Shown: positions 16,514-24,347 of the stretch, in pieces
Layout: each line of letters opens with the position of its first letter
Numbering within the stretch: position 1 is the first letter of the stretch
IMG/VR virus record: IMGVR_UViG_3300043392_000021
Location: 1 to 39,452 of that record
Length of the DNA: 39,452 nucleotides
From: a virus
Reading direction: 5' to 3' (one strand)
Translations under genes and position numbers: made by a program
The notes under the pieces: model-generated
The model's input: only the letters and a program-made list of their open reading frames with translations
Databases searched by the model: none
Told to the model about the DNA's origin: nothing

Positions 16514-16776
16514 CCTGCCCAAACTGCGACCACCCGCGCACCACCCTGGTGGACGGCACCATCACCTGCACCTGGTCCGAGGCCTGGCGCCACGAATGCG
16601 AGGCTAGGCACGTCTGCGACCTGCCCACGCTGAACAAGCGCCGCGACTACCTGTTGGTCATCCGCGACAAACGCGGCGAGAAGGCCTGGCTAAAATTGCG
16701 CGCAACTGTCGAACGAGTTTGGCACGCCCGCAGAGGAAACGCCCAGCCGGAGGTGGCGCAAAACACCGGCAGCTGA
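16510..16776 (+). CDS. Hypothetical Cys-rich (zinc-finger-like) protein
   Basis: 88 aa. ATGA overlap with the helicase stop. CPNC...C-x-W...C-x5-C. Confidence 0.5.
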   Translation: MTCPNCDHPRTTLVDGTITCTWSEAWRHECEARHVCDLPTLNKRRDYLLVIRDKRGEKAWLKLRATVERVWHARRGNAQPEVAQNTGS

Positions 16777-16816
16777 CGGTGGCTGTGTCTCCTTTCGGCC
16801 CCGCGCGTCAGCCGAC

Positions 16817-16844
16817 TGGCACCCGTAAGGTGCCAATTCTTTTC
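16817..16844 (+). terminator. Possible intrinsic terminator / attenuator
   Basis: 7-bp stem tggcacc/ggtgcca, loop cgtaa, followed by attcttttc. Confidence 0.3.
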
Positions 16845-16865
16845 ATCAACATTGAGGACCATTCC

Positions 16866-17165
16866 ATGGCAATCACCAAGAAATACGACATCGCGGTCAA
16901 GACCGGCAGCTACCAGGACCGAGCCACCGGCCAGACCAAGAACCGCTACCAGAACATCGGCAGCGTCATGCAAGGCGACAACGGCCCGTTCATCCTGCTG
17001 GACCCGATGATTAACCTGGCGGCCGTGCCCCGCGAGGAAGGCAAGGACCGCATCATCTGCAGCCTGTTTGAGCCGCGCGACAACACCCAGCAGCAGAGCA
17101 CCCCGGCACCGCGCCAGAGCGCGCCGCAGCGGCAGCAGATGGATTCGGACGACATTCCTTTTTAA
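16866..17165 (+). CDS. Putative single-stranded DNA-binding protein (atypical short form)
   Basis: 99 aa. Gln/Pro-rich linker and an acidic C-terminal tail ...QQMDSDDIPF, resembling the SSB DDDIPF protein-interaction tail. Confidence 0.55.
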   Translation: MAITKKYDIAVKTGSYQDRATGQTKNRYQNIGSVMQGDNGPFILLDPMINLAAVPREEGKDRIICSLFEPRDNTQQQSTPAPRQSAPQRQQMDSDDIPF

Positions 17166-17174
17166 GGGGCCAGC

Positions 17175-17552
17175 ATGAGAACGTGCGAAGATTGCCTGCA
17201 CGAGGCAAAGACAGAACACGAGGCGCCATGCAACACCTGCAACTGTTACAGCAACTGGGCGCCTGCCGGCTGCAGCAACTGCGGTGGCCCAGATGGCCGA
17301 CACGCCATCTGGTGCAAGAACAACGCCTACGCCGAGCAGCTGGTGGCCGAGAACGCCAACGCGCGCCAGGTCGGCGGCGACCACTACAAGGGCCAAGCCA
17401 TTCAGCCCTGGGACTACATCGCCAGCAACGGCCTGGGCTACTTCGAGGGCAACGTGATCAAGTATGTCAGCCGCTGGCGTGACAAGGGCGGAGTGGCCGA
17501 TCTGGAGAAGGCCAGGCACTACCTGGACAAGCTGATCGAGTTACAGAAGTGA
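17175..17552 (+). CDS. DUF3310 (SaV-like) family protein with N-terminal Cys-rich region
   Basis: GGDHYKGQAIQPWDYI...FEGNVIKYVSRWRDKGGVADLEKARHYLDKLIE matches the DUF3310 pattern. Confidence 0.75.
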   Translation: MRTCEDCLHEAKTEHEAPCNTCNCYSNWAPAGCSNCGGPDGRHAIWCKNNAYAEQLVAENANARQVGGDHYKGQAIQPWDYIASNGLGYFEGNVIKYVSRWRDKGGVADLEKARHYLDKLIELQK

Positions 17553-18085
17553 AAATCTGCCCTAAGTGCGGAGGCGAGAAAACAGGCACGCATGAAACAT
17601 ATTGCGTGACCTGTTACAACGCATACAAACGAGCCTGGTATCAGCAGAACCGGGATAAAGAGATCGCTAGGTGCGCGGCCTACAACAAAGAGAATCCGCA
17701 AGTGCCAGCTGCGGCGATGCGTAGATCAAGAGAAAAGAACCCAGAAAAGTACCGCGAGTATTCAAAGCAGTACCGAGCCAACAACCCAGAAAAGTCAGCA
17801 ATGTGGGACGCCGGCAAGCGGGCCAAGCGTAGGGCTGCAATCAACGCCACCATTGACAAGATCAGTCCGCAGCAGTGGGCAGACATCAAGCTGAAATACA
17901 AAAACCACTGCGCTTATTGCCTGCAGCCTTTTAAGAGGCTGACCATGGACCACATCATCCCACTGGCGCGTGGTGGTTCGCACACGGCTGACAACATCGT
18001 GCCGTCATGTCACCGATGCAATTCAGCAAAGCAGGCGCGCGACCAGCTGGATTTTGTGGCCAAGCGTTTCGGCAGGCTGATATGA
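17549..18085 (+). CDS. HNH endonuclease
   Basis: GTG start overlapping the upstream TGA. C-terminal CAYC...MDHIIPLARGGSHTADNIVPSCHRCNSAK (HNH/HNN motif). N-terminal CPKC...CVTC zinc finger. Visibly more A/T-rich than neighbouring genes. Confidence 0.88.
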   Translation: MKICPKCGGEKTGTHETYCVTCYNAYKRAWYQQNRDKEIARCAAYNKENPQVPAAAMRRSREKNPEKYREYSKQYRANNPEKSAMWDAGKRAKRRAAINATIDKISPQQWADIKLKYKNHCAYCLQPFKRLTMDHIIPLARGGSHTADNIVPSCHRCNSAKQARDQLDFVAKRFGRLI

Positions 18086-18435
18086 GCGAAGCCGCAATTC
18101 AGCAGCAAATCAGGCTGGCATTGTCGCGTGCTGGTGCCGTGATGCACAGGAACAATATCGGCGCTTACTTCGACCCAAAAACTGGCCGCATGATCCAGTA
18201 CGGCGTCTGCAATCCCGGCGGCAGTGACCTGATCGGCTGGTGCCCCGTTGAGGTCACCCCCGACATGGTGGGAAAGAAAATCGCTGTGTTTTGTGCCGTT
18301 GAGGTCAAGACTGGCACTGGCAGGCCCACCGAGGCACAAATCAACTTCATCACCCAAGTTCTGAAAGCTGGCGGCTACGCTGGCATCGCACGGTCACCAG
18401 AGGACGCTGTTGCGATAACGCGACGCGACAAATAA
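18082..18435 (+). CDS. VRR-NUC domain nuclease
   Basis: 117 aa. GGSDLIGW...FCAVEVKTGTGRPTEAQINFITQVLKAGG (D...ExK core plus Q..F). ATGA overlap with HNH. Confidence 0.8.
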   Translation: MSEAAIQQQIRLALSRAGAVMHRNNIGAYFDPKTGRMIQYGVCNPGGSDLIGWCPVEVTPDMVGKKIAVFCAVEVKTGTGRPTEAQINFITQVLKAGGYAGIARSPEDAVAITRRDK

Positions 18436-18529
18436 ATATTAGGGTTTGTCCTAATCGGAAACCCAAATTTCTTGGCATAATTGCGGACATGGACAGCACG
18501 GTGCTGACCACCAACGAAAGGACCGCAAC

Positions 18530-18844
18530 ATGACCACCAAGACCGCCAGCAACGTCACCGAGCGCATCGAGAACCACGACTTCTGTGTGGCCGACAAAAA
18601 GGGCCGCGCAATGGGCGCACAACTGACATTCCAAACCCGCGAAATGGTGGAAAGCACTGATGGTTTCGGTTTTGCCATCGAGCCTGGCAGCTACTTCTGT
18701 TTTACTCCGTGGGCGACGCGCGGCGGCGAAGTGTTCGGCGCCTTTTCTGGCACCCGCTTCTTCAAAAGCGAAAACGCACGCGCGGCGGCTGCTGCCAAGT
18801 ATCTGGCCGACGCCAAAAAGCGCGCCGCGAAAACCGCCGCCTGA
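18530..18844 (+). CDS. Hypothetical protein
   Basis: 104 aa. AAAGGA ribosome-binding site upstream. Ala/Lys-rich C-terminus. No recognisable motif. Confidence 0.55.
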   Translation: MTTKTASNVTERIENHDFCVADKKGRAMGAQLTFQTREMVESTDGFGFAIEPGSYFCFTPWATRGGEVFGAFSGTRFFKSENARAAAAAKYLADAKKRAAKTAA

Positions 18845-18911
18845 GTCCCCATCGGCCAGGCTGCGGGCCTGGCCAATGCGGATTCCGCAGATCACCAAAG
18901 GAGAACCCACC

Positions 18912-19094
18912 ATGAAATCCAGCCACACCACCACCCCCCGCACCCTGGCGGACTGCCAGTTCACCACCGGCTACGCCAGCATCCGCCCGATGGCCTACCG
19001 CACCAGCACCTGGGAGCGTGTCGCCGGCGTCATGCTGGCCATCGCCATCGGCGTCGGCCTGGCCACCGCCCTGTTCATCGGCCTGTCCGCGTGA
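18912..19094 (+). CDS. Small membrane protein (60 aa)
   Basis: AAAGGAGAA ribosome-binding site upstream of ATG 18912. C-terminal TM VAGVMLAIAIGVGLATALFIGL. Confidence 0.55.
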   Translation: MKSSHTTTPRTLADCQFTTGYASIRPMAYRTSTWERVAGVMLAIAIGVGLATALFIGLSA

Positions 19095-19198
19095 CCTGGC
19101 CGTTCCCACCGCCCACCGGCCCTGTGCCGTGGACGCCCGCCCAAGAACGCGCCTACCAGCGCAAGCAACACAGCCAACTTCCCGACGCACCACTATGA
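19091..19198 (+). CDS. Possible 35-aa Pro-rich ORF (not in ORF track)
   Basis: GTG 19091 overlaps the upstream TGA, and its TGA overlaps the downstream ATG 19195. Double coupling is the only evidence. Confidence 0.3.
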   Translation: MTWPFPPPTGPVPWTPAQERAYQRKQHSQLPDAPL

Positions 19199-19611
19199 CC
19201 ACCCCGACCCAAATCAAACACGGCAGCGCCCAATGGTGGGTTCTGCAGACCATCCGCGACTTCGGCCCCATGACCAAGCGCGACCTGCTGTATCTGGGCA
19301 CGCATGAGACGCCCGAGGCGTTCGACGCACTGCGCAAGCTGCACATGGTGACCAAGAACCACGACGACGAGTTCGAGATCCAGCCCAAGGGCCGCAACGC
19401 CCTGATGGCCGCCAACAAGCAGCGCTGGAAGGACAATCACTTCATCAAGGCCGCCAGCCGCACCCTGGTCAACGCCGGCAGCCGCGTGGCCTACAACGGC
19501 GCCGAACTGCGCCCCTACAACGGCCGGCCAGGCGCCATGGACGCCTACAGCCTGCCCAGCCTGCAGGCCGACCGCCGCGTCCACTACCGCACCGGCGAGG
19601 TGGTGGAATGA
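19195..19611 (+). CDS. Winged-helix-like DNA-binding protein
   Basis: 138 aa. WWVLQTIRDFGPMTKRDLLYLGTHETPEAFDALRKLHMVTK resembles a MarR/wHTH fold. Start chosen at the internal ATG of the track ORF. Confidence 0.5.
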   Translation: MTTPTQIKHGSAQWWVLQTIRDFGPMTKRDLLYLGTHETPEAFDALRKLHMVTKNHDDEFEIQPKGRNALMAANKQRWKDNHFIKAASRTLVNAGSRVAYNGAELRPYNGRPGAMDAYSLPSLQADRRVHYRTGEVVE

Positions 19612-20141
19612 CCACCCGCACCAACGGCATGTCATTCGTGCGCAAGCCAGCCCTGGAGAAGATCGACATCATCCTGGCCGCCTGCAAGCTGGGCCGCACC
19701 CGCCAGGAACTGGAGATCATCACCGGCATGACCCGGCGCACCACGCTGTCCTACCTGATCCACCTGCATGAGACCGGCCGCATGCACATCAGCGGCTGGA
19801 CCCGCGAAGGCATCGGCCAGTTCTACCCGGTGGCTATCTACAAGACCGGCCAGGGCATCGACGCACCCAAGCCGCCGCCCCTGGACGAGACCGAGAAGCA
19901 GAAACGCGCCTGGGCCAAGCTGAAGGCCGACCCGGTGCGCTACGCCAAGCACCGCGCCAAGAAAGCCCGCAAGCCAGTGCAGGCCAAGCCCGCAGCCGAC
20001 AGCCCGTTCAACTGGCGCGGCCAGGCCAGCCGCATCACCAACTCGCCCGAGTTCCGCATGTCCGTGGCGGCCACCCGCAACACGGCCGGCACCGGCGCAG
20101 ATCCGCGCAAGCAGTTCGTCATCAGCCGGGAGCAAGCATGA
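19608..20141 (+). CDS. Winged-helix DNA-binding protein with basic C-terminal tail
   Basis: 177 aa. LEKIDIILAACKLGRTRQELEIITGMTRRTTLSYLIHLHETGRMHISGW looks like a wHTH. ATGA overlap upstream. Confidence 0.55.
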   Translation: MTTRTNGMSFVRKPALEKIDIILAACKLGRTRQELEIITGMTRRTTLSYLIHLHETGRMHISGWTREGIGQFYPVAIYKTGQGIDAPKPPPLDETEKQKRAWAKLKADPVRYAKHRAKKARKPVQAKPAADSPFNWRGQASRITNSPEFRMSVAATRNTAGTGADPRKQFVISREQA

Positions 20142-20287
20142 GCAAAGTGCACCGCCGCTTTCCCGACAAGGACCCCCTGCCGCCCAGCATCTGGCGCCTG
20201 CAGCTGCGCCGCCTGGCCATCTGGATGCTGATCTGCCTGGCGCTGATGTTCAGCGCCGCCCTGGTGGGAGTGCTGGCCCATGCGTAA
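20138..20287 (+). CDS. Small membrane protein (49 aa, not in ORF track)
   Basis: ATG 20138 overlaps the upstream TGA. TM LAIWMLICLALMFSAALVGVLA. Overlaps the next ATG by 8 nt. Confidence 0.4.
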   Translation: MSKVHRRFPDKDPLPPSIWRLQLRRLAIWMLICLALMFSAALVGVLAHA

Positions 20288-20756
20288 GCGCAGCAAATAC
20301 CGCCCCAAGGGCGTGCGCGTTGACGCGCTGGACTACGTGCTGACCAGCATCAAGCCGCTGGCGTCGCTGAAGTCCGAGGTGGCCACCCTGCGCATCCGCA
20401 ACCACGGCGCCCTGGCCGAGGTATGTAAGGGCAACGGCACCCGCGACGACATCGACGTGCTGATCGCAGCCCTGAACATTGCCGAGGCCATGGTGGTCCA
20501 GGGCGTGGGCACCGACTACGCCGGCGAGATTCGCGCCGGCCAGGACGCCCTGCGCGACATGGCCACCCGTGGCGTCGGCCTTGGCGACCGGTTCATCTTC
20601 CGCGCCACAGAACTGCAGGCCATCAACCTGGCCATGGAGATCCACGACGCCCAGCTGGACGCCATCACCGTGGCCCAGCTGGAGCGCGCTATTGCATACG
20701 TTCACCGCGTGGTCCGCGCTGGCGGCGCCCGAAAGATCCTGGAGGCACAGGCATGA
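20280..20756 (+). CDS. Hypothetical phage protein
   Basis: 158 aa, coupled to its neighbours. Basic N-terminus MRKRSKYRPKG. No motif recognised. Confidence 0.6.
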   Translation: MRKRSKYRPKGVRVDALDYVLTSIKPLASLKSEVATLRIRNHGALAEVCKGNGTRDDIDVLIAALNIAEAMVVQGVGTDYAGEIRAGQDALRDMATRGVGLGDRFIFRATELQAINLAMEIHDAQLDAITVAQLERAIAYVHRVVRAGGARKILEAQA

Positions 20757-20941
20757 AAATCACCGCCCGCACCAAAGCCATTGAATGGACACGCCGCGCC
20801 GAGAACAAATACGGCTACCTGATGGACAGCAAGCAACTGAGCCGCAAGGAGGCCATGGAAATGGCATTTTTCGCCGGCTACAAGATGGCCGAGCAGGAAG
20901 CCCGCCTGGCCGCCAAGAAAGCACGCAATGACATCGCATGA
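20753..20941 (+). CDS. Hypothetical small protein
   Basis: 62 aa. ATGA overlap upstream. Confidence 0.5.
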   Translation: MKITARTKAIEWTRRAENKYGYLMDSKQLSRKEAMEMAFFAGYKMAEQEARLAAKKARNDIA

Positions 20942-21122
20942 GTTCTGCCGCCTTCAGCGCGTCGCAGGCCTGAAAAACCATGACGTCCAGCGCCTGTGCT
21001 GTGTCAGCGACCAGACTGTCATCAACTGGCGCAAGGGTTACACTCGCGTCCCTGGCGCGGTCCAGGTCCTGATTCGGCAAGCAGCGGCAACACAATCGAA
21101 AGGCAAGAATGAACCCCATTGA
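20928..21122 (+). CDS. Small HTH-like protein
   Basis: 64 aa. LKNHDVQRLCCVSDQTVINWRKGYTRVP resembles an HTH. Overlaps both neighbours by 14 nt. Confidence 0.45.
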   Translation: MTSHEFCRLQRVAGLKNHDVQRLCCVSDQTVINWRKGYTRVPGAVQVLIRQAAATQSKGKNEPH

Positions 21123-23196
21123 CGCATTCAGCGATGCCATGGCATCCGCTGGTCTGCGGACACAAGACAGCATCGTGCCAGACGGCAAGCTGCACCGGTT
21201 CCACGTCGAGGGCGACAAACCGCGCAGCCAGAACGGCTGGTATGTGCTGCACGACGACGGCGTGCCCGCCGGCGCGTTCGGCAGCTGGAAGCACGACATC
21301 AGCGGCACCTGGTGCGGCAAGTCCGAAAACGAACTGACACCCAACGAGCGCACCCAGCACCGCCAACGCATCGAGCAGATGCGCAAGGAACGCGAAGCCG
21401 AGCAGGAGCGCGTCCGACAGGCTGCCCGAGAGAAGGCCCAGCGCATCTGGGAGTCCAGCCCGCCAGCCAACGACAACCACCCCTACCTGCAGCGCAAGCA
21501 AGTCAAAGCGTTCGGCCTGCGTGAAAGCCGTGGCAGCCTGGTGCTGCCTGTGCGGTCGCCCGACGGCACGCTTCAGTCCCTGCAGTTCATCGACGCCGAG
21601 GGCAACAAGCTGTTCCTCAAAGGCGGCATGAAGGCCGGCTGCTACTTTAAGATCGGCGGCGGCCCAGTGGACCGCGTGATCGTGGCCGAGGGCTATGCCA
21701 CCGGCGCCAGCCTACACATGGCCCATGGCTGCCCCGTGGCCATCGCGTTTGACGCCGGCAACCTGCAACCGGTCAGCATGGCCATTCGCAAGGCCATTGG
21801 CGACCAGATCCCCATCGAGATATGGGCGGACAACGACCTGAACACTAAGGGCAACCCAGGCGTCACCAAGGCTACCAAGGCGGCCGAGGCCGTCGGTGCC
21901 AAGGTGGTGGTGCCCGAGATCGCCGGCGACTGGAACGACGTGGCCGTGGCCAGCGGCATCAGCGCCGTGCGCGACGTGGTGCCGGCCAATGACAACCAGC
22001 CAATGGACATGTCACCCCTGCCGTTCGTTGGCGCCCGTGGCAAGCCCCTGGCCACTATCGAGAACTTGGCCGAGATCTGCCAGCGCCTGGACGTGGTGGT
22101 GCGCTACGACGTGATCCGCAAGGACGACGAGATCCTAGTGCCCGGCGTGGCGTTCAGCGTGGACAACCGCGCCAACGCCAGCCTGGCCTGGCTGACCAGC
22201 CAATGCGCCAAGTTCAACTACCCGACCGGCAGCATTGGCGACTTCGTGACGTTCCTGGCCGACCAGAACCTTTACAACCCGGCTGCCCAGTATGTGAACA
22301 GCCGCCCCTGGGATGGCGTCAGCCGCGTCCAGGACTTCTACGACACCATCACCGCCAAGGGCGACAGCCAGCACCTCAAGGAAGTGCTGATGAAACGCTG
22401 GATGATTTCAGCCATTGCCGCCGCCTTCCGGCCCGAGGGCGTCAGCGCCCACGGCGTCCTGGTGCTGCAGGGCGACCAATACCTGGGCAAGACCAAGTGG
22501 TTCAAAACCCTGGTCCCTGAGTCCACCAGGCTGGCCCAGGACGGCTGGATCTTGCGGCCCGACGACAAGGACAGCGTGAAGCAGGCCTGCAGCTTCTGGC
22601 TGGTCGAACTGGGCGAACTGGATGCCACGTTCCGCAAGTCCGACATCGCCGCCCTGAAGTCGTTTTTGACCCGCGACCGCGACGTCCTGCGCAGGGCCTA
22701 TGCCAAGCGCGAGTCCGAATTTGCCAGGCGCACGGTGTTCTTTGCCAGCGTCAACCCGCGCGAGTTCCTGCACGACATTACCGGCAACCGGCGCTACTGG
22801 ACCATCGAGTGCGAACACATCGACCACAGCCACAATCTGGACATGCAGCAGGTCTGGGCCGAGTTCCATCACATGTGGCGCCAGGGCGAATCCTGGTTCC
22901 TACAGCCCGATGAGATGGCCGAACTGAACGCCCACAACACCGAATTCGAGGTCCGCGACCCCATCGAGGACCGCCTGATGTCCAAGCTGGACTGGCAGGC
23001 ACCGGTGGCCAGCTGGCGCTGGATGACCGTCCTGGACGTGCTGATCGAGGTCGGCGTGGACCGGCCAGAGCGCAACCAACTGAACACCGCAGGCCACATC
23101 ATCCGCCGCCTGAACGGCAACATGGCCAAGAAAACGCACGGCGTTCGCAGGGTATTGATACCACCCAAGCCTGGCGAGGCCGACACGCCGTTCTGA
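21109..23196 (+). CDS. Primase-helicase: Toprim primase fused to a VirE-type P-loop domain
   Basis: 695 aa. Toprim VIVAEGYATGASL ... IWADNDLNTKGNPG. C-terminal P-loop VLVLQGDQYLGKTKWF with WLVELGELD (Walker B-like). Confidence 0.88.
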   Translation: MNPIDAFSDAMASAGLRTQDSIVPDGKLHRFHVEGDKPRSQNGWYVLHDDGVPAGAFGSWKHDISGTWCGKSENELTPNERTQHRQRIEQMRKEREAEQERVRQAAREKAQRIWESSPPANDNHPYLQRKQVKAFGLRESRGSLVLPVRSPDGTLQSLQFIDAEGNKLFLKGGMKAGCYFKIGGGPVDRVIVAEGYATGASLHMAHGCPVAIAFDAGNLQPVSMAIRKAIGDQIPIEIWADNDLNTKGNPGVTKATKAAEAVGAKVVVPEIAGDWNDVAVASGISAVRDVVPANDNQPMDMSPLPFVGARGKPLATIENLAEICQRLDVVVRYDVIRKDDEILVPGVAFSVDNRANASLAWLTSQCAKFNYPTGSIGDFVTFLADQNLYNPAAQYVNSRPWDGVSRVQDFYDTITAKGDSQHLKEVLMKRWMISAIAAAFRPEGVSAHGVLVLQGDQYLGKTKWFKTLVPESTRLAQDGWILRPDDKDSVKQACSFWLVELGELDATFRKSDIAALKSFLTRDRDVLRRAYAKRESEFARRTVFFASVNPREFLHDITGNRRYWTIECEHIDHSHNLDMQQVWAEFHHMWRQGESWFLQPDEMAELNAHNTEFEVRDPIEDRLMSKLDWQAPVASWRWMTVLDVLIEVGVDRPERNQLNTAGHIIRRLNGNMAKKTHGVRRVLIPPKPGEADTPF

Positions 23197-23201
23197 ACAC
23201 C

Positions 23202-23226
23202 ACCCGCCGCCTGGCGGGTTTTTTTT
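23202..23226 (+). terminator. Rho-independent terminator after the primase-helicase
   Basis: Stem acccgcc/ggcgggt, loop gcct, followed by a run of eight T. Confidence 0.8.
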
Positions 23227-23234
23227 GGCCCGCA

Positions 23235-23434
23235 GGGGGGTCACTTATTTGCCGGCAGCCGATAGTGACCCCGCCCCATGACCCCGCCGAAACCCGCATG
23301 TTTACTAGCTTCCGGACACTTGGGGTCACTTGGGGTCACTATATATATAGGATGTTTAGATAAGGGGGAGCGTATACACGTAAGCACGTAGAAGGATAGA
23401 GAGGGGGACGACCCCACGACCCCCTATGACCCCC
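23235..23434. repeat. Iteron-like array: eight copies of GGGGTCA(C/T/G) in both orientations around an AT-rich core (candidate replication origin; alternatively a packaging site)
   Basis: Forward ggggtcact at 23237, 23322 and 23332 (the last two tandem as cttggggtcacttggggtcact). Reverse agtgacccc 23264, atgacccc 23279, cgacccc 23409, cgacccc 23417, tgacccc 23427. The AT-rich tatatatataggatgtttagataag sits between the two sets. Confidence 0.6.
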
Positions 23435-23504
23435 ACCACCACACATCACCAACATTCACGGAAACCCCCACACGCTGGACCAGCCGAGCCGTTATCATCA
23501 AACC

Positions 23505-24191
23505 ATGGAAATCAGCGTCCAATCCACCATCGCCCAGGTCATGCCCAAGCTGGAGCAGTTCACCAACAGGCAAGCCCCGTTCACCATCGCCAAGGCCCTG
23601 ACCGAGACAGCCAAGCATGTGCGCAAGGCCATGGGCGAGGCGACGCCCACAGCGTTCGACCGGCCCACCCCGTTCACGCGCAATGCGTTTGCATTCCTGC
23701 CCGCACGCAAGGACAAGCTGCAGGCCCTGGTGTTCGCCAAGGACAAGCAGGCCCGCTACCTGAAGTTCCAGGTGCAAGGCGGTGGCCGACGGGTCAAGGG
23801 TTTCGAGAAACGCTTTGCTGGTGAAGGCGAGGCAGACGAGCAGTCCGGCCTGCAGCACATGGTGCCCACCGCACGCATCCGCAAGAACGCATACGGCGGC
23901 GTGAGCCTGGCCACCATCAAGAGCATCAGCGCCAACCTGAACACCAGCGGCAAGGCCGGCCGATACTTCATCGGCAAGCCCAAGGGCGCAGGGCAGAACG
24001 CATCGCGTGGCTATGGCATCTACGCACGGGTCAACAACAACAAGCGCGTCGAGGCGCTAATGGTGTTTGCCAACCAGCCGCAATACAAGAAGCGCTTTGA
24101 CATGACAGCCATCGGTGGGCGCGTGGTCGATGCCAAGTTCGAAGCCGAACTGCGCAAGGCCTGGGACTATGCGATGCGCACGGCCAGGTGA
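23505..24191 (+). CDS. Hypothetical protein (228 aa) between the iteron region and the terminase genes
   Basis: Long ORF with genome-typical codon bias. Basic, Lys/Arg-rich. Faint resemblance to HK97 gp10-type virion proteins at the N-terminus, so no confident assignment. Confidence 0.6.
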   Translation: MEISVQSTIAQVMPKLEQFTNRQAPFTIAKALTETAKHVRKAMGEATPTAFDRPTPFTRNAFAFLPARKDKLQALVFAKDKQARYLKFQVQGGGRRVKGFEKRFAGEGEADEQSGLQHMVPTARIRKNAYGGVSLATIKSISANLNTSGKAGRYFIGKPKGAGQNASRGYGIYARVNNNKRVEALMVFANQPQYKKRFDMTAIGGRVVDAKFEAELRKAWDYAMRTAR

Positions 24192-24347
24192 TCGGCGTTA
24201 CAATCGCGGCCCAATGCACACCCACACCATGCACACTGTCGCGCGCACACAACAGAAAATTTCGCGGGTCCTCCCCAAGGGGGGATTGTCGTGGGTAGTT
24301 CGCCCGCGCGACATTTCGCTAGTGGGCTGTTTCCAAGGTAGTTGACC

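Noticed and set aside
16825-16839. Sequence gtaaggtgccaattc resembling gtaagtgccaatttc next to the attP core (12347-12361), considered as a possible secondary att or Int site.
   Set aside because: It is a short imperfect match with an indel. Matches of this length are expected by chance among all pairs of positions in 39 kb. Here it forms the descending arm of a terminator-like hairpin.
23235-23434. CRISPR-like array of GGGGTCAC repeats.
   Set aside because: The repeats are only 7-9 bp, occur in both orientations with irregular spacing, and there are no cas genes. This is consistent with protein-binding iterons.
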